A stretch of DNA of 64,000 nucleotides from Smithellaceae bacterium. GTDB lineage: Bacteria > Desulfobacterota > Syntrophia > Syntrophales > Smithellaceae. Shown here in pieces: positions 1 to 10,938 of this stretch (position 1 is the first letter of the stretch; every line of letters begins with the position of its first letter). Position numbers and translations under genes: made by a program. The stretch lies in assembly GCA_963667845.2 (NCBI GenBank), contig CAXXVL010000002.1:1408001-1472000 (forward strand). The letters run 5' to 3'. The notes beneath the pieces were generated by a model. That model was given only the letters and a program-made list of their open reading frames with translations. It made no database searches and had not been told where the DNA came from.

Positions 1-1
1 C

Positions 2-3000
2 CAGCCGGCGATCGTCCGCCTTTACCAGGACGAGCGAGCGGATATCTTCCAGGGTGTCGGAAATGACGGCCGCCCACCAGGTGCGCAGACGGAAAAAGCC
101 GTCCAGTCCGGCGTAGGAATTTTCGGAGGTGATGGACAGGATGGCGACATCCGGAATTTTCATCCGCTTAATCAGGTCTTCCAGAAAGACGGCGTATTGA
201 CCAAAGCGGCATGGGCCGGTTCCGGTCGGCATAAAATAGGCAACGATCTCTCCCGGTTTCCGCAGGTGCTGAACATAATGGATGAGCGATCCGGTGGTCA
301 GAATCAACGGCAGGCATTCTTTGCAGGACGTATGAGCCCGTCCGATTTTCAAGATGTGTTCATCCGCCGCAGGATGGACAAAGGTCCGGAATCCTTCGCT
401 CGCGAAGACTGCGGCCAGCATCTGCGCGCCGATTTCCCCCATGGACGGGAAAAGGACCGTGACACGCGGATGGGCAAGCGGCAGAGACTCGCCGTCGGAC
501 GTTGTTATTGAAGCGGCGGCGCCGTCGAATCTCGTTTTTGCCGGCAGGAAGCTTTTCGCCCCGCTCGGCAGGGCCCTGTCCGCCGGCAATTGCCGATACG
601 CAGCGATAACGTCGAGGAAGGCTTCAATGCGGGTCTCCAGACCGGCGCCGGCTGTGTGGCTGTCCAACTCCAGCGTCAGCGACGGCTTGTCGCCCATGAT
701 GTCCCGGAAGTAGGTCATCAGGAAAGAATCGGGGCCGCAGGAAAAATTGGTGATGTAGACGCCGAAAAGCCGGGGATGCTTCTTAACCAACGCAGCCGCT
801 TTCATGATTTGCTGACCGGTTCCCCAATACATGTCGGCCTTGTTCTGTTCATGCGCAAGCGGCAGAAAATCGAGCGGAATAACGCGGCAGCCCCGGGACG
901 CAAACATGCGGGGGATCCCCTTGTTGGCTTCGGAGGCCATCCCGGAATAGGGGCGTCCAAAAATCACCATGGCTATATCATCGGGGTTTTCTTCAAGGCC
1001 GGCAAGTGCTTTCTGTCCCGATTCCTGCATTTGGGCAAAACAGGTTTGCTGCACGTGCAGGGCTTTTCGAAAGGCTTCCTTTATTTGTGCTTTGCCCGCG
1101 CCCATTATTTTTGCCGCCGCCGCGAGCGGTTTTTCCATAGCGCAAAGTCCCTCCGTGAGATCGATAAGCGGTGTCAGGATCTTTGTCCCCGATTGTTTCA
1201 TATCGGCAAGCCTGCGTCGAAAGCTGCTTTGCAGGTAAAAGGTTTCTCCCTGGACGAACGGGCAGACCTGAGAATCCGTGGATCCGCCGGCATTGGGCAG
1301 CGCCTTGAAATGTGGCAGAAAAATGTAATCCAATTGCCCGCGCTGATTCAGAAGCTCTCCGAAAAAGCCGTGGGCCAGTTCCGCGGGATAACAGAAACTC
1401 GCTTCTTTTTCGTCGATAGCCGACTGCGCGCACGTATCCGCCAGGACGGGTTCATACCCGAGTTCGGTGAAAAACGTTGAATACAGGGGATAGTAAGTAT
1501 GCGTGAGAAAACTGCGGTTAAGCCCGACGCATCCCCGGATCGAACGGACCGCCGAGCCCCGGGCCGCGGCATATTTCTCGAAGACCAGCTCCTGCCGGGC
1601 CGCGACGGCATCGAGCGACCGTGAATCGTGCTTGATGCCGTGCTGCAGGTTATAGTATTTGTTGCACGCGCCGCCGAATGGATATTTCTTCCCGTCCATT
1701 TCTATGATGGAGATTGCACAGCGGCGGTCGCAATTTTCCGGCGAGCCTTTACAGATGAAGGACTTGCCGCGGTGAACGTCGCGGCGGCTCAGCTCTTCGA
1801 GATCAAAGGACGAAGCCTCCATCCCTCCGCGTTCGATCTTCTTCTTAACCGCCAGCGCTGCGCCGTATGCGCCCATGAGTCCCGGTTCCGGCGGAACGGT
1901 GATGAAGCTGCCGGTGAGCGCGGCCATGGCCAGCGGGACGGCCCGGTTATAACAGACGCCGCCCTGCATAAAGATCTTTTTGCCCACGGGCCGGTTGCCT
2001 TTTACGCGATTGGCGTAATTCATACAAACGGAGTACACGAGGCCGGCCAGGATGTCTTCGCGCGCCCGGCCTTCGGCGATAGCGTTCTTCATATCCGAAG
2101 AGATAAATGCGGCGCACTGGTCATTGAAGTTGGGCGGGCGCGTGCCCGTAAGAGCAAGCGCCGCGATGTCTTCCATCGGCACTCCCAGTGTTTCGAGGGC
2201 GGATTCCTCGAGAAACGAGCCGGTGCCGGCCGAGCAGGCTTCGTTCATCGCGTAGTCGGAAGCAACTGAACTCACGAGAAACGTGTACTTCGCGTCCTGG
2301 CCGCCGATTTCAAAAATCGTATCCACCTCCGGATCAAAGTGAGCGGCGGCCGTTGCATGCGCGATAATTTCATTCATGACGCCGAGCGTCTGGGCATGCA
2401 GGCCGGCAATCTGGCGGCCCGACCCGCAGATTCCGACGGCTTCGATGGCGACGCACGCGGGATCGGTGTGACGACGGATCTGTTCTAAAATCGATCGGTA
2501 ACAGTTTCTGGCTGCGCCCGTCGGATCGCCGTTGGTGCGCAGATAACAGTCGGCAAGCAGTGCATCATCGCGCTTGCGGATCAGCACGGCTTTGGTGGTG
2601 GTCGAACCGACATCCAGCCCCAGGATGCAGATATCGCCGCGTTCTATGCTCGCGCGGCTCAGGGTTTTAAATTCCACGCGATTGAGGAAATCGGCAAGCG
2701 GCGGATGCGTTTCAAACGCTTCGGAGTCGCTCTTGACGAGTTGATGCATGTGAACCGGCCGTGTTTCGTTTTCACAGGCCCAGAGTGCAGCACCCAGCGC
2801 TTCGAAATACGATGCTTCGGCGGGTACGATCAACCCTTCGATATCCCGCCGCAAATATTCAATCATCATCGCATTGCGGGCTGCCCCGCCGGTTATCATA
2901 ATGTGTTTACGGGGTATCTTTTTGAGGAGTTCCAGAATCTTGCCGGCCATCATTTTGCACAGACCGGCCGTGACATTTGCTTTGGGAATGCCTTTGTTGG

Positions 3001-3523
3001 TGGCATGCGTGCAGTCCGATTTGCAGAAGACCGAACAGCGGCCCGATACCGCGTGAGGTTCCTCAGTCGCCGCAAAACCGGTTGCCTCGTCCAGGCTCAC
3101 GTTCATGCGCCTGAGTTGTTGCAGAAAGAATTCGCCGGTACCGGAGGCGCATTTGTTGCCGGTCAGGACGCTGGAAATCTGTCCGCGCCGGTTCATCACA
3201 TAAGCCATGAACGTCTCACCGCCGGCGGATACGACGGCGGGACAGAACAAATCCGGCGGCCGAAGATAACGATAGGCGTATTCGACGGCCTGCGGCTCGG
3301 AAATGGAGGTGACATTTAAAAGTTCGCGGAATTTCCGGCCCGTGGCCGCAATCCGGTCAAAAGAGGAAAGATCATAAGAGGCCAGCGCGTCGTGCAGCGT
3401 CTTGTGGGGATTCCCCTCATGCGGCCGGACCGAGTGGGAGTCAATGCAAACCCGACCGTTTTGCCGATGCAATTCGGCGATCGAGACGGTCGATGCACCC
3501 AGACAAATTCCTAAAGCTTTCAT
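2..3523 (-). CDS. CoA-substrate-specific enzyme activase (2-hydroxyacyl-CoA dehydratase activator-type, two ASKHA ATPase modules plus C-terminal region); runs off the window's left edge
   Basis: Missing from the ORF track because no stop lies in the window. Spot translation from ATG at 3523 gives MKALGICLGAST..., GNKCASGTGEFFLQQL, ILGLDVGSTTTKAVL, FEIGGQDAKY, MNEACSAGTGSFLEE in one frame. The + strand ORFs at 197, 590, 1628 and 2705 are its antisense shadows. Confidence 0.9.
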   Translation of the reverse strand, partial: MKALGICLGASTVSIAELHRQNGRVCIDSHSVRPHEGNPHKTLHDALASYDLSSFDRIAATGRKFRELLNVTSISEPQAVEYAYRYLRPPDLFCPAVVSAGGETFMAYVMNRRGQISSVLTGNKCASGTGEFFLQQLRRMNVSLDEATGFAATEEPHAVSGRCSVFCKSDCTHATNKGIPKANVTAGLCKMMAGKILELLKKIPRKHIMITGGAARNAMMIEYLRRDIEGLIVPAEASYFEALGAALWACENETRPVHMHQLVKSDSEAFETHPPLADFLNRVEFKTLSRASIERGDICILGLDVGSTTTKAVLIRKRDDALLADCYLRTNGDPTGAARNCYRSILEQIRRHTDPACVAIEAVGICGSGRQIAGLHAQTLGVMNEIIAHATAAAHFDPEVDTIFEIGGQDAKYTFLVSSVASDYAMNEACSAGTGSFLEESALETLGVPMEDIAALALTGTRPPNFNDQCAAFISSDMKNAIAEGRAREDILAGLVYSVCMNYANRVKGNRPVGKKIFMQGGVCYNRAVPLAMAALTGSFITVPPEPGLMGAYGAALAVKKKIERGGMEASSFDLEELSRRDVHRGKSFICKGSPENCDRRCAISIIEMDGKKYPFGGACNKYYNLQHGIKHDSRSLDAVAARQELVFEKYAAARGSAVRSIRGCVGLNRSFLTHTYYPLYSTFFTELGYEPVLADTCAQSAIDEKEASFCYPAELAHGFFGELLNQRGQLDYIFLPHFKALPNAGGSTDSQVCPFVQGETFYLQSSFRRRLADMKQSGTKILTPLIDLTEGLCAMEKPLAAAAKIMGAGKAQIKEAFRKALHVQQTCFAQMQESGQKALAGLEENPDDIAMVIFGRPYSGMASEANKGIPRMFASRGCRVIPLDFLPLAHEQNKADMYWGTGQQIMKAAALVKKHPRLFGVYITNFSCGPDSFLMTYFRDIMGDKPSLTLELDSHTAGAGLETRIEAFLDVIAAYRQLPADRALPSGAKSFLPAKTRFDGAAASITTSDGESLPLAHPRVTVLFPSMGEIGAQMLAAVFASEGFRTFVHPAADEHILKIGRAHTSCKECLPLILTTGSLIHYVQHLRKPGEIVAYFMPTGTGPCRFGQYAVFLEDLIKRMKIPDVAILSITSENSYAGLDGFFRLRTWWAAVISDTLEDIRSLVLVKADDRRL

Positions 3524-3827
3524 GAGAGAGGGATCCCTTGGGTTTTTATTTTCACCATTTTTTTGACATCGGCTGACGTCTGATCCGATGCGTCGGGTAA
3601 ATTAATATTGTGCCGAACTATCAAGTTAAAGTAAATTTAGTCAAGCCTTAAATAAATTTGATACATTTTTCAGCGTCGTTTTCATGCGATGCTGCATTCC
3701 CATCCGAACTTTTTATAAAATATTTGCTTGTAAAGGTCATGGATATTTGATTAATAATTCAAGCGGAATTTGCGGCTTTCAATGACGAGCCATTGAGCCC
3801 GTGACCTTGTCCGGACCGCATGCTCGT

Positions 3828-4210
3828 TTGATCGATGATGAACAGGTTCCCCGGATGTAACGGACAGCATGCCCAAACATATCGGGTATGATGTCGTAAC
3901 GGATAAAAAAAGTCATGGTGATGCCATGGAATATTACCGACAGGCCAAAGAAGCCAATAAACCCTTCTCATTCAGCATGATGGATTTGACGATGCGTGAC
4001 GATGAGGGGGAAAAGATCGTGACCCATTCGGCGGAGAAAAACATATCCGGAAGTGAAGCCGTGATTTTAGGCGGCTGCATGAACGATCGGGTCACTGAAG
4101 AATACTGGAAATACGGCTTTGTCGGGGCAATGGTCAAGCCTTACCCGCTTCAAGAATTGAAGAGTTCTCCGGGGAAAATCCCGGCGGGTGACGGCCTCCG
4201 AAAAACGTAA
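3828..4210 (+). pseudogene. Frameshifted/degenerate response-regulator receiver domain
   Basis: ORF 3869-4210 has receiver features (MMDLTM, KPY). The N-terminal acidic motif LIDDEQV is in another frame ending at TAA 3858-3860, while DVTDSM continues in the 3869 frame. Confidence 0.6.
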
Positions 4211-4220
4211 GGGGAAATCT

Positions 4221-5159
4221 ATGGGCGAAGGTATCAGTGATTACACAAAAAACGTCGTTGATTTGAGACGCCACATGTGGATGGAAGGGATCGAAGTGGA
4301 ATTGCGCCGGCTGATCTGGCAAATTGCCGTGGTCGGCAAGTACATTTCCGCCAAAATTCACGAATCCAACCGCAAGCTGGCCGGGTTCAAAAATATTTAC
4401 GGTGAAGAACAATTGGCGCTGGATCGTGTTTCCGACGACATCCTGAAGAATAAACTGCAGAGCTCCGGATTTGTAAGTCACTATGCGTCCGAAGAGCTCG
4501 AAGATATCGTTGCCATCGGCAATGGACAGGAGCAATACATTGTGACGGCCGATCCGCTGGACGGCTCGTCGCTCGTAGATACCAATCTGGCCATCGGCAC
4601 CATCATCGGCATCCACCGGAAATCCATCTTTGACTGCGGACGAAACTCGATGGTGGCGGCCCTTTATATCACTTACGGCCCGTTGATCACGATGATCTAT
4701 TCAGCCGGGAAGGGCGCCCACGAGTTTGTTCTCGATCGGGAAGGAGAATACGTTCTGTCTGAAGAAAAAATAAGGCTCAAGGAGAAAGGCTCCATCTTTT
4801 CACCCGGCGGTCTGCGCAAGGACTGGACGGATGCCCATTTGAAGTTTATTGAAAAACTGGAACAGGACGGTTACAAGCTGCGTTACAGCGGCGGCTTTGT
4901 TCCCGATATCAACCAGGTGATCATCAAGCGGGGCGGTTTGTTTACGTATCCGGCGCTTAGGAAATCACCTCAAGGGAAACTGCGCCTGCTATTTGAGCTG
5001 CAGCCGATGGCTTTTATTGTGGAACAGGCCGGCGGTAAGGCCACCGACGGGAAGGAAGATATTCTTGCTCTGCAGGTGACATCGGTTAATCAGCGTTCGC
5101 CGATTTATATCGGCTCAGCGACGGAAGTGACGATGGCGGGACAATTCCTGTCGCAATAA
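4221..5159 (+). CDS. fbp: Fructose-1,6-bisphosphatase class I
   Basis: Motifs ASEE, DPLDGSS, LRYSGG, GKLRLLFE; ATG 4221 follows AAGGGG. Confidence 0.92.
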   Translation: MGEGISDYTKNVVDLRRHMWMEGIEVELRRLIWQIAVVGKYISAKIHESNRKLAGFKNIYGEEQLALDRVSDDILKNKLQSSGFVSHYASEELEDIVAIGNGQEQYIVTADPLDGSSLVDTNLAIGTIIGIHRKSIFDCGRNSMVAALYITYGPLITMIYSAGKGAHEFVLDREGEYVLSEEKIRLKEKGSIFSPGGLRKDWTDAHLKFIEKLEQDGYKLRYSGGFVPDINQVIIKRGGLFTYPALRKSPQGKLRLLFELQPMAFIVEQAGGKATDGKEDILALQVTSVNQRSPIYIGSATEVTMAGQFLSQ

Positions 5160-5181
5160 TTACAGATTAGAAGGAGCAGCC

Positions 5182-6576
5182 ATGATTTACGAAAACAAGG
5201 ATCAATTGAAAAAAGGATGCGAAAACGTACTGGCCATCGACGGCGATGATGTTCGCGTTTTGGATGAAGGCCGGTTTCAGAGTAAACTGATTGACGATTT
5301 GATTTATACCGTCGTATTCAGCCCCGATCCGGGTACGAAAGATGCGGCGGCTTTTCTGATTCGCCGGGGAGCGGCGGCGCTGGGGATTATGTCCGCGTCG
5401 ATTCAAGCACTCTATGAGGCGATGGGCCGCAAGGAAGTCGGCGGCTTCACCGTCCCGGCGATCAATCTCCGCGGCATCGCCTATGATGCCGCCCAGGCCG
5501 TCTTCCGCGCCGCGCTGAAAGGGAATGTCGGACCGGTCCTCTTCGAAATCGCCCGCTCGGAAATCGACTATACGAAGCAACGGCCGCAGGAATATACCTG
5601 CGCCATTACGGCGGCGGCGGTCAAAACCGGCTGGCGCGGTCCGGTTTTTCTGCAGGGCGATCACTTTCAGATGAACGCCAAGAAGTTTGCCGCTGACGCG
5701 GACAAGGAAACACAGACGGTCAAGAATCTGATCTGGGAAGCCATCGAAGGAGGATTTTACAACATCGACATCGACACCTCCACGCTGGTCGATTTATCCA
5801 AGCCCACGGTCAAAGATCAGCAACGGACGAATTTTTCACTGGCGGCGGAACTTACCACCATGATTCGCGATCTGGAGCCGGAAGGCATTACGATCTCCGT
5901 AGGCGGCGAGATCGGTGAGGTCGGCGGTAAAAACAGCACCGTGGAGGAATTGCAGGTTTTCATGGACGGCTATCTGGAAGAGCTGAAGAAGCGCGGCGAC
6001 GCTTTCAAAGGCATCAGCAAGATCAGCGTGCAGACCGGGACGACGCACGGCGGCATTCCGCTGGCCGACGGCACGGTGGCAAAAGTCAAAATTGATTTTG
6101 ACGTTTTGGAGAAATTGTCCGAGACCTCCCGCACGCAGTACGGTCTGTCCGGCGCCGTTCAGCATGGCGCGTCCACGCTGCCCGATGAAGCGTTTGACCG
6201 TTTTCCCGCCACCGGCACCGCCGAGATTCACCTCGCGACCGGCTTTCAGAATATTATCTTCGACAGCAAAAATTTTCCGGCCCAGCTCAGGGCAAAAATT
6301 TATGATCATCTGAAGTCCGATCTGAAAGGCGAATGGAAGGAGAAGGACACTGAGGAACAGTTCATTTATAAAACCCGCAAGAAGGGTTTCGGCCCGTTCA
6401 AGCTGGAATTATGGCATCTGCCGGCGGATATCCGTGCGGGCATCTGCGCGGAGCTGGAGCGTCAGTTTGCTTTCCTGTTCGATAAACTCAAAGTTAACGG
6501 AACAAGGGCCGTCATGGATAAATGTATTCAGCTGATTGACGTCCCGCTGAAAATGCCTGCGGCGCTGAAAGGCTGA
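5182..6576 (+). CDS. Class II fructose-bisphosphate aldolase family protein
   Basis: VPAINLR, QGDH, GEIGEVGG, GTTHG, QHGAS motifs; directly downstream of fbp. Confidence 0.85.
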   Translation: MIYENKDQLKKGCENVLAIDGDDVRVLDEGRFQSKLIDDLIYTVVFSPDPGTKDAAAFLIRRGAAALGIMSASIQALYEAMGRKEVGGFTVPAINLRGIAYDAAQAVFRAALKGNVGPVLFEIARSEIDYTKQRPQEYTCAITAAAVKTGWRGPVFLQGDHFQMNAKKFAADADKETQTVKNLIWEAIEGGFYNIDIDTSTLVDLSKPTVKDQQRTNFSLAAELTTMIRDLEPEGITISVGGEIGEVGGKNSTVEELQVFMDGYLEELKKRGDAFKGISKISVQTGTTHGGIPLADGTVAKVKIDFDVLEKLSETSRTQYGLSGAVQHGASTLPDEAFDRFPATGTAEIHLATGFQNIIFDSKNFPAQLRAKIYDHLKSDLKGEWKEKDTEEQFIYKTRKKGFGPFKLELWHLPADIRAGICAELERQFAFLFDKLKVNGTRAVMDKCIQLIDVPLKMPAALKG

Positions 6577-6622
6577 TAAAGAATCCATCGCCCAAGGCGG
6601 TTCAAAAAGCGAGCGAATAAAT

Positions 6623-7684
6623 ATGAAAGCGGCTGTACTGGATAACATAACGAGCATTCGTGAAAATCCGCAGCCGCTTTCTTTTGTGGATCTGCCCATA
6701 CCGGTTCCCGGGGAGAAACAAATACTGGTTCGAATCGCCGCCTGCGGCGTCTGCCACACGGAGCTCGATGAAATCGAAGGCCGGACGCCGCCTGCTTCCT
6801 TCCCCTTTATTTTAGGACATCAGATTGTCGGCGTGGTCGAAAAGCGCGGCTTTGAGGCAGGGAAGTTTTCCATAGGCCAGAGAGTCGGCATCGGCTGGAT
6901 CGGGCAGGCGTGCGGAAAATGCCGGTACTGTCTTCGCGGGCAGGAGAACCTGTGCCCGGATTTCAAGGCGACCGGCCGGGACATCCCCGGCGGTTACGCA
7001 GAGTATGTTGCCGTTTCCGAAGATTTTGCTTTCTCTATCCCGGCAGCATTTTCCGATAGTCAGGCTGCCCCGCTTTTATGTGCGGGCGCCATCGGCTACC
7101 GCTCGCTTCGCCTGACCGGGCTTCGCAATGGCGAGCCGCTGGGGCTCACGGGCTTCGGCGCGTCGGCCCATCTCGTTTTGCAGCTTTCACGCTACCTTTA
7201 CCCGGATTCCGCGGTCTTTGTTTTTGCCCGTTCCGAGCGGGAGCGCAATTTTGCGCTGTCCCTCGGTGCAAGCTGGGCGGGGGATACCGCTTGCCGCAGC
7301 CCGCAAAAACTTGCGTCAATTATCGACACGACGCCCGCCTGGAAACCCGCTGTGAAAGCGCTGGAAAATCTTGCACCGGGAGGGCGGCTGGTGGTGAACG
7401 CCATCCGCAAAGAAGAAATGGATAAAGATCAACTGCTGCATATCGACTACCCGCTGCATCTGTGGCAGGAAAAAGAGATCAAAAGCGTGGCGAACGTAGC
7501 CAGACGGGATATTTACGAATTTCTGGAACTCGCCCCGCGCGTTCCTATTATACCGGATGTCGAGGAATATCCATTTGCCGACGCCAACCGGGCGCTTGCC
7601 GAACTGAAATCAGGTATGATCCGCGGTGCGAAAGTCTTAATCATGGATTACAACCCGCATCAAGAGATACGAAATACGAGATAA
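6623..7684 (+). CDS. Zinc-dependent alcohol dehydrogenase family protein
   Basis: CGVCHT, GHQIVG, structural Zn motif CGKCRYC...C, APLLCAG. Confidence 0.9.
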   Translation: MKAAVLDNITSIRENPQPLSFVDLPIPVPGEKQILVRIAACGVCHTELDEIEGRTPPASFPFILGHQIVGVVEKRGFEAGKFSIGQRVGIGWIGQACGKCRYCLRGQENLCPDFKATGRDIPGGYAEYVAVSEDFAFSIPAAFSDSQAAPLLCAGAIGYRSLRLTGLRNGEPLGLTGFGASAHLVLQLSRYLYPDSAVFVFARSERERNFALSLGASWAGDTACRSPQKLASIIDTTPAWKPAVKALENLAPGGRLVVNAIRKEEMDKDQLLHIDYPLHLWQEKEIKSVANVARRDIYEFLELAPRVPIIPDVEEYPFADANRALAELKSGMIRGAKVLIMDYNPHQEIRNTR

Positions 7685-7703
7685 AAAAATGACGAGATCG
7701 CTC

Positions 7704-8549
7704 TCACCCATGGGCCTGCCAGTCTGCCACATACTCCCATGATTTCCTGGACGGGACGGCCTCCTCGTGCCGCCAGCTTCCGGCGATCCCCAGCTCTTTG
7801 ACCGTCAAATCGAAGTGACACAGAGCAATGCCCATATCGATCCCCTGCAGAGAAACATCCCGCAGATACCGATAACCGATGGCGCGCGACAGATAGAATA
7901 AAAAAGTCTTCCGGTCTTTATCGTAGACGATTCGCCAGGGCTGCTTGTTGGATGCCGACGGCGCCAGACGGACATTTTCCAGAGCTTCACGGTAAATGCC
8001 GGCCTCCTCGGGAGAGAGCGGCGACGCGGCGTTATTCGAGAAAAAAAGTTCGCTCCACGGCAGACGATGGTCGGAGCCGGCAAAGCCGCGCATGACCCTT
8101 TCCGTGAGGCTTCTGCGGGACGCGGCATAGCCGATGGGGCTGACCGTGGGCAGGAGCTCGTTTCGCCGCATTCCGGCGGCGCGGCCGAAGGCGCTGATCG
8201 CAAATGTGCCGCCCATCCAGCAGGTGTTTAAACCCAATTCGGCGGCCCTGAGGATCAGCTTTTCGGTGCAGTACCCGTAATCCTCCGGTGCCATCGGCGC
8301 CGGGATGATCATCCCGGCCAGATACAGATGCGCGTTTTTGATTATGCCGTAAGTTCCCAGCATTTTCCATTCTTTGGCCGCGAGCGCGTCCATCGCGATC
8401 AGAGCAAAGCGCGGCTTGTTCCCGAAGGGGCCGGTGTGCGGCGCGCTTACCGCCTCGCGAAACGCTTTCAAAACGTCATCATCGACGGGATCGTCGGAGT
8501 ATGACCGGCAGGAATAGCGTTTGCGTATGGTTTCTGATATCGGTGTCAT
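7704..8549 (-). CDS. Nitroreductase family protein
   Basis: RYSCRSY, APSASNKQPW, GLNTCW motifs. Confidence 0.85.
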   Translation of the reverse strand: MTPISETIRKRYSCRSYSDDPVDDDVLKAFREAVSAPHTGPFGNKPRFALIAMDALAAKEWKMLGTYGIIKNAHLYLAGMIIPAPMAPEDYGYCTEKLILRAAELGLNTCWMGGTFAISAFGRAAGMRRNELLPTVSPIGYAASRRSLTERVMRGFAGSDHRLPWSELFFSNNAASPLSPEEAGIYREALENVRLAPSASNKQPWRIVYDKDRKTFLFYLSRAIGYRYLRDVSLQGIDMGIALCHFDLTVKELGIAGSWRHEEAVPSRKSWEYVADWQAHG

Positions 8550-8648
8550 GAAACCTCCTTAAAAATATGATTGGCAAAACGCCGCGGCTATCTTATACTA
8601 ATCGTACAGAATTTCATACCAAATGATGGGAACGGGTGAGGGGTAAAG

Positions 8649-10214
8649 ATGAAACTGACTACTGTGAAACAAATGCGCGGGATGGATCAATATGCCGCTC
8701 TATCGCTGGGGATTACCGAAGAGCTCCTCATGGAAAACGCGGCGCTCGCATCGGTCGGGCTGTTGCAGAGGGAGCTGGGGATTCCGGGCAGGAAATTTGT
8801 GATTTTTTGCGGCGCCGGAAACAATGGCGGCGACGGGTTGGCCGTAGCGCGCCTCATCGCCTCGGTGGGCGGCCGGGTCAAAGTTTTTCTCACGGCCTCT
8901 CCCAAGAAATACAGTGGAGCGGCCAAGGCCAACTACGACATTTTGTGCAATCTGGAGGGGGACATTCACCTGCTGACTCGCGTCGATGAGGCCAGAGCCG
9001 ATACCCTGCATTGTGATGCCATCGTCGATGCCATCTTCGGCACGGGGCTGGATCGGGAAGTCAGGGGGCTCGCTTGCGACGTGATCCATCTGATCAACGA
9101 ATGCCAGCGGCCGGTGTTGAGTCTGGATATTCCATCGGGCATTTCCGGCGATACGGGACAGGTGATGGGCGCTGCGGTGAGAGCTTCCTGTACCGTCACG
9201 TTCGGTTTGCCGAAAATCGGTAATCTGCTTTATCCCGGCTATGAGTATTGCGGGGCGCTGGCCGTGACGCACATTTCATTTCCGCCGGCGCTGTGTAACC
9301 GCGCTGAACTGACGATCGAAACCAATGAGCGGGTTTTGTTGCCTCCGAGGCTCGCGGAAGCATACAAAGGTGCAGTGGGGGATGTTCTGTTCATTGCCGG
9401 CGGCGCCAACTACTTCGGCGCGCCTTATTTTTCCGCGATGGCGTTTCTGAAGGCGGGCGGCGGCTATGCGAGGCTCGCAGCACCCGCCTCGATTATCCCG
9501 TTTATCGCACAGTCCGGCAGGGAAATTGTTTTTCTGCCTCAGCGGGAGACGGCCTCATTCAGCCTGTCGCTTAAGGCGAAACCCGAATTGCTGGCCCTTG
9601 CGGAAAAGGCCGATATGGTGGTCATTGGTCCCGGCCTGTCCCTGCAGGATGAAACAACAAAGCTGGTCCGGGAACTGGCCGCCGTTATTTCCCGGCCGCT
9701 GCTCATCGACGGTGACGGCTTAACGGCCATTGCCGAACGGCCGGAAATACTGCTCAAAAGGAAGGCGGCGACTATTCTGACGCCTCACGCGGGAGAAATG
9801 GCGCGCCTGACGCGCAAGACTGTGGCCGAGGTGAATGCCGATAAAATCGGCGTCTTGAGGGACACAGCCGAGAAGTTGAATGCGTCGGTTGTTCTGAAGG
9901 GCGCACATTCCCTGGTGGGCCTTGCAGACGGCCGGGTGTATGTGAATTTGAGTGGCAACCCGGGCATGGCGACGGCCGGAAGCGGTGACGTTCTCACCGG
10001 CTGCATTGCGGCGATGCACGGCCTCGGGTTGAGCCCGGAGATGGCGACGCGCAAAGGCGTCTTCCTGCATGGCTATGCGGGCGATCTGGCGGCAGCCCAA
10101 AAAGGCCAGGACGGCATCATTGCATCGGATATTCTGGAGCATCTGCCGCAGGCCTTGAAGGAAGACCGGGCGGGAACGATCGAAAGAAAATATTTTGCTC
10201 CGCCGCTGGTATAG
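8649..10214 (+). CDS. nnr: Bifunctional NAD(P)HX epimerase/dehydratase (YjeF/Nnr)
   Basis: LMENAA, GNNGGDG, DAIFGTG, DIPSG, TPHAGEM, GSGDVLTG. Confidence 0.92.
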   Translation: MKLTTVKQMRGMDQYAALSLGITEELLMENAALASVGLLQRELGIPGRKFVIFCGAGNNGGDGLAVARLIASVGGRVKVFLTASPKKYSGAAKANYDILCNLEGDIHLLTRVDEARADTLHCDAIVDAIFGTGLDREVRGLACDVIHLINECQRPVLSLDIPSGISGDTGQVMGAAVRASCTVTFGLPKIGNLLYPGYEYCGALAVTHISFPPALCNRAELTIETNERVLLPPRLAEAYKGAVGDVLFIAGGANYFGAPYFSAMAFLKAGGGYARLAAPASIIPFIAQSGREIVFLPQRETASFSLSLKAKPELLALAEKADMVVIGPGLSLQDETTKLVRELAAVISRPLLIDGDGLTAIAERPEILLKRKAATILTPHAGEMARLTRKTVAEVNADKIGVLRDTAEKLNASVVLKGAHSLVGLADGRVYVNLSGNPGMATAGSGDVLTGCIAAMHGLGLSPEMATRKGVFLHGYAGDLAAAQKGQDGIIASDILEHLPQALKEDRAGTIERKYFAPPLV

Positions 10215-10342
10215 CTCTGAGGCGAACCGGTCTCCCGTGGTTGAGGAGGCGAGCAGCCGATCCGTTCGCGCTGCTTTATTGATGCGGCCCGGTCTCACGG
10301 GAACTTTCCCGGAGAGTCAATATTTTGCAGGAAGGATAAGAC

Positions 10343-10909
10343 ATGAAAGTTCTGGCGTTTAATGGAAGTCCGAGAAAAGACGGCAATACGGGAATCCTCA
10401 TCGGCCACGTGTTTTCCGAGCTTGAAAAAGAAGGGGTGAAAACCGAAGCAGTTCAACTGTCCCGAATGAAGATCCACGGGTGTATCGCCTGTTATAAATG
10501 CTTTGAAAACCGGGATGGCCGCTGCGGGGTCAAAGACGATTCCGCCAATGAATATATCGAAAAGATGACGGGTGCGAACGGGATTATCCTGGCTTCGCCC
10601 GTTTATTTTGCCGATATGACGGCCGAGATGAAGGCGCTGATCGACCGCGCCGGGTTCGTATCGATGGCCAACGGCGGGCTTTACAGAAATAAAATCGGCG
10701 CTTCCGTTGCCGTTCTGCGGCGGACGGGGGGCATCCACACGATTGATTCGCTGAATCATTTTTTTCTCGCCGGCCAGATGATCATTGCGGGACGGGCAAT
10801 CGGAATCGGCAGAAATATCGGGGACGTACAGAGCGATGAAGAAGGCGTTCAGATGGCGAAGACTCTCGGCCAGCGGATGGCCTGGCTTCTTAAAAAAGTC
10901 TCGGGATAA
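10343..10909 (+). CDS. Flavodoxin-like iron-sulfur flavoprotein (NADPH-dependent FMN reductase family)
   Basis: GSPRKDGNT, CIACYKC...C cluster motif, ASPVYF. Confidence 0.88.
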   Translation: MKVLAFNGSPRKDGNTGILIGHVFSELEKEGVKTEAVQLSRMKIHGCIACYKCFENRDGRCGVKDDSANEYIEKMTGANGIILASPVYFADMTAEMKALIDRAGFVSMANGGLYRNKIGASVAVLRRTGGIHTIDSLNHFFLAGQMIIAGRAIGIGRNIGDVQSDEEGVQMAKTLGQRMAWLLKKVSG

Positions 10910-10938
10910 GACCGGTTTATTGAGGGAGTGCCGAACCT

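Noticed and set aside
197..3319. Plus-strand ORFs of 104-296 aa
   Set aside because: Antisense shadows in register with the long minus-strand activase gene.
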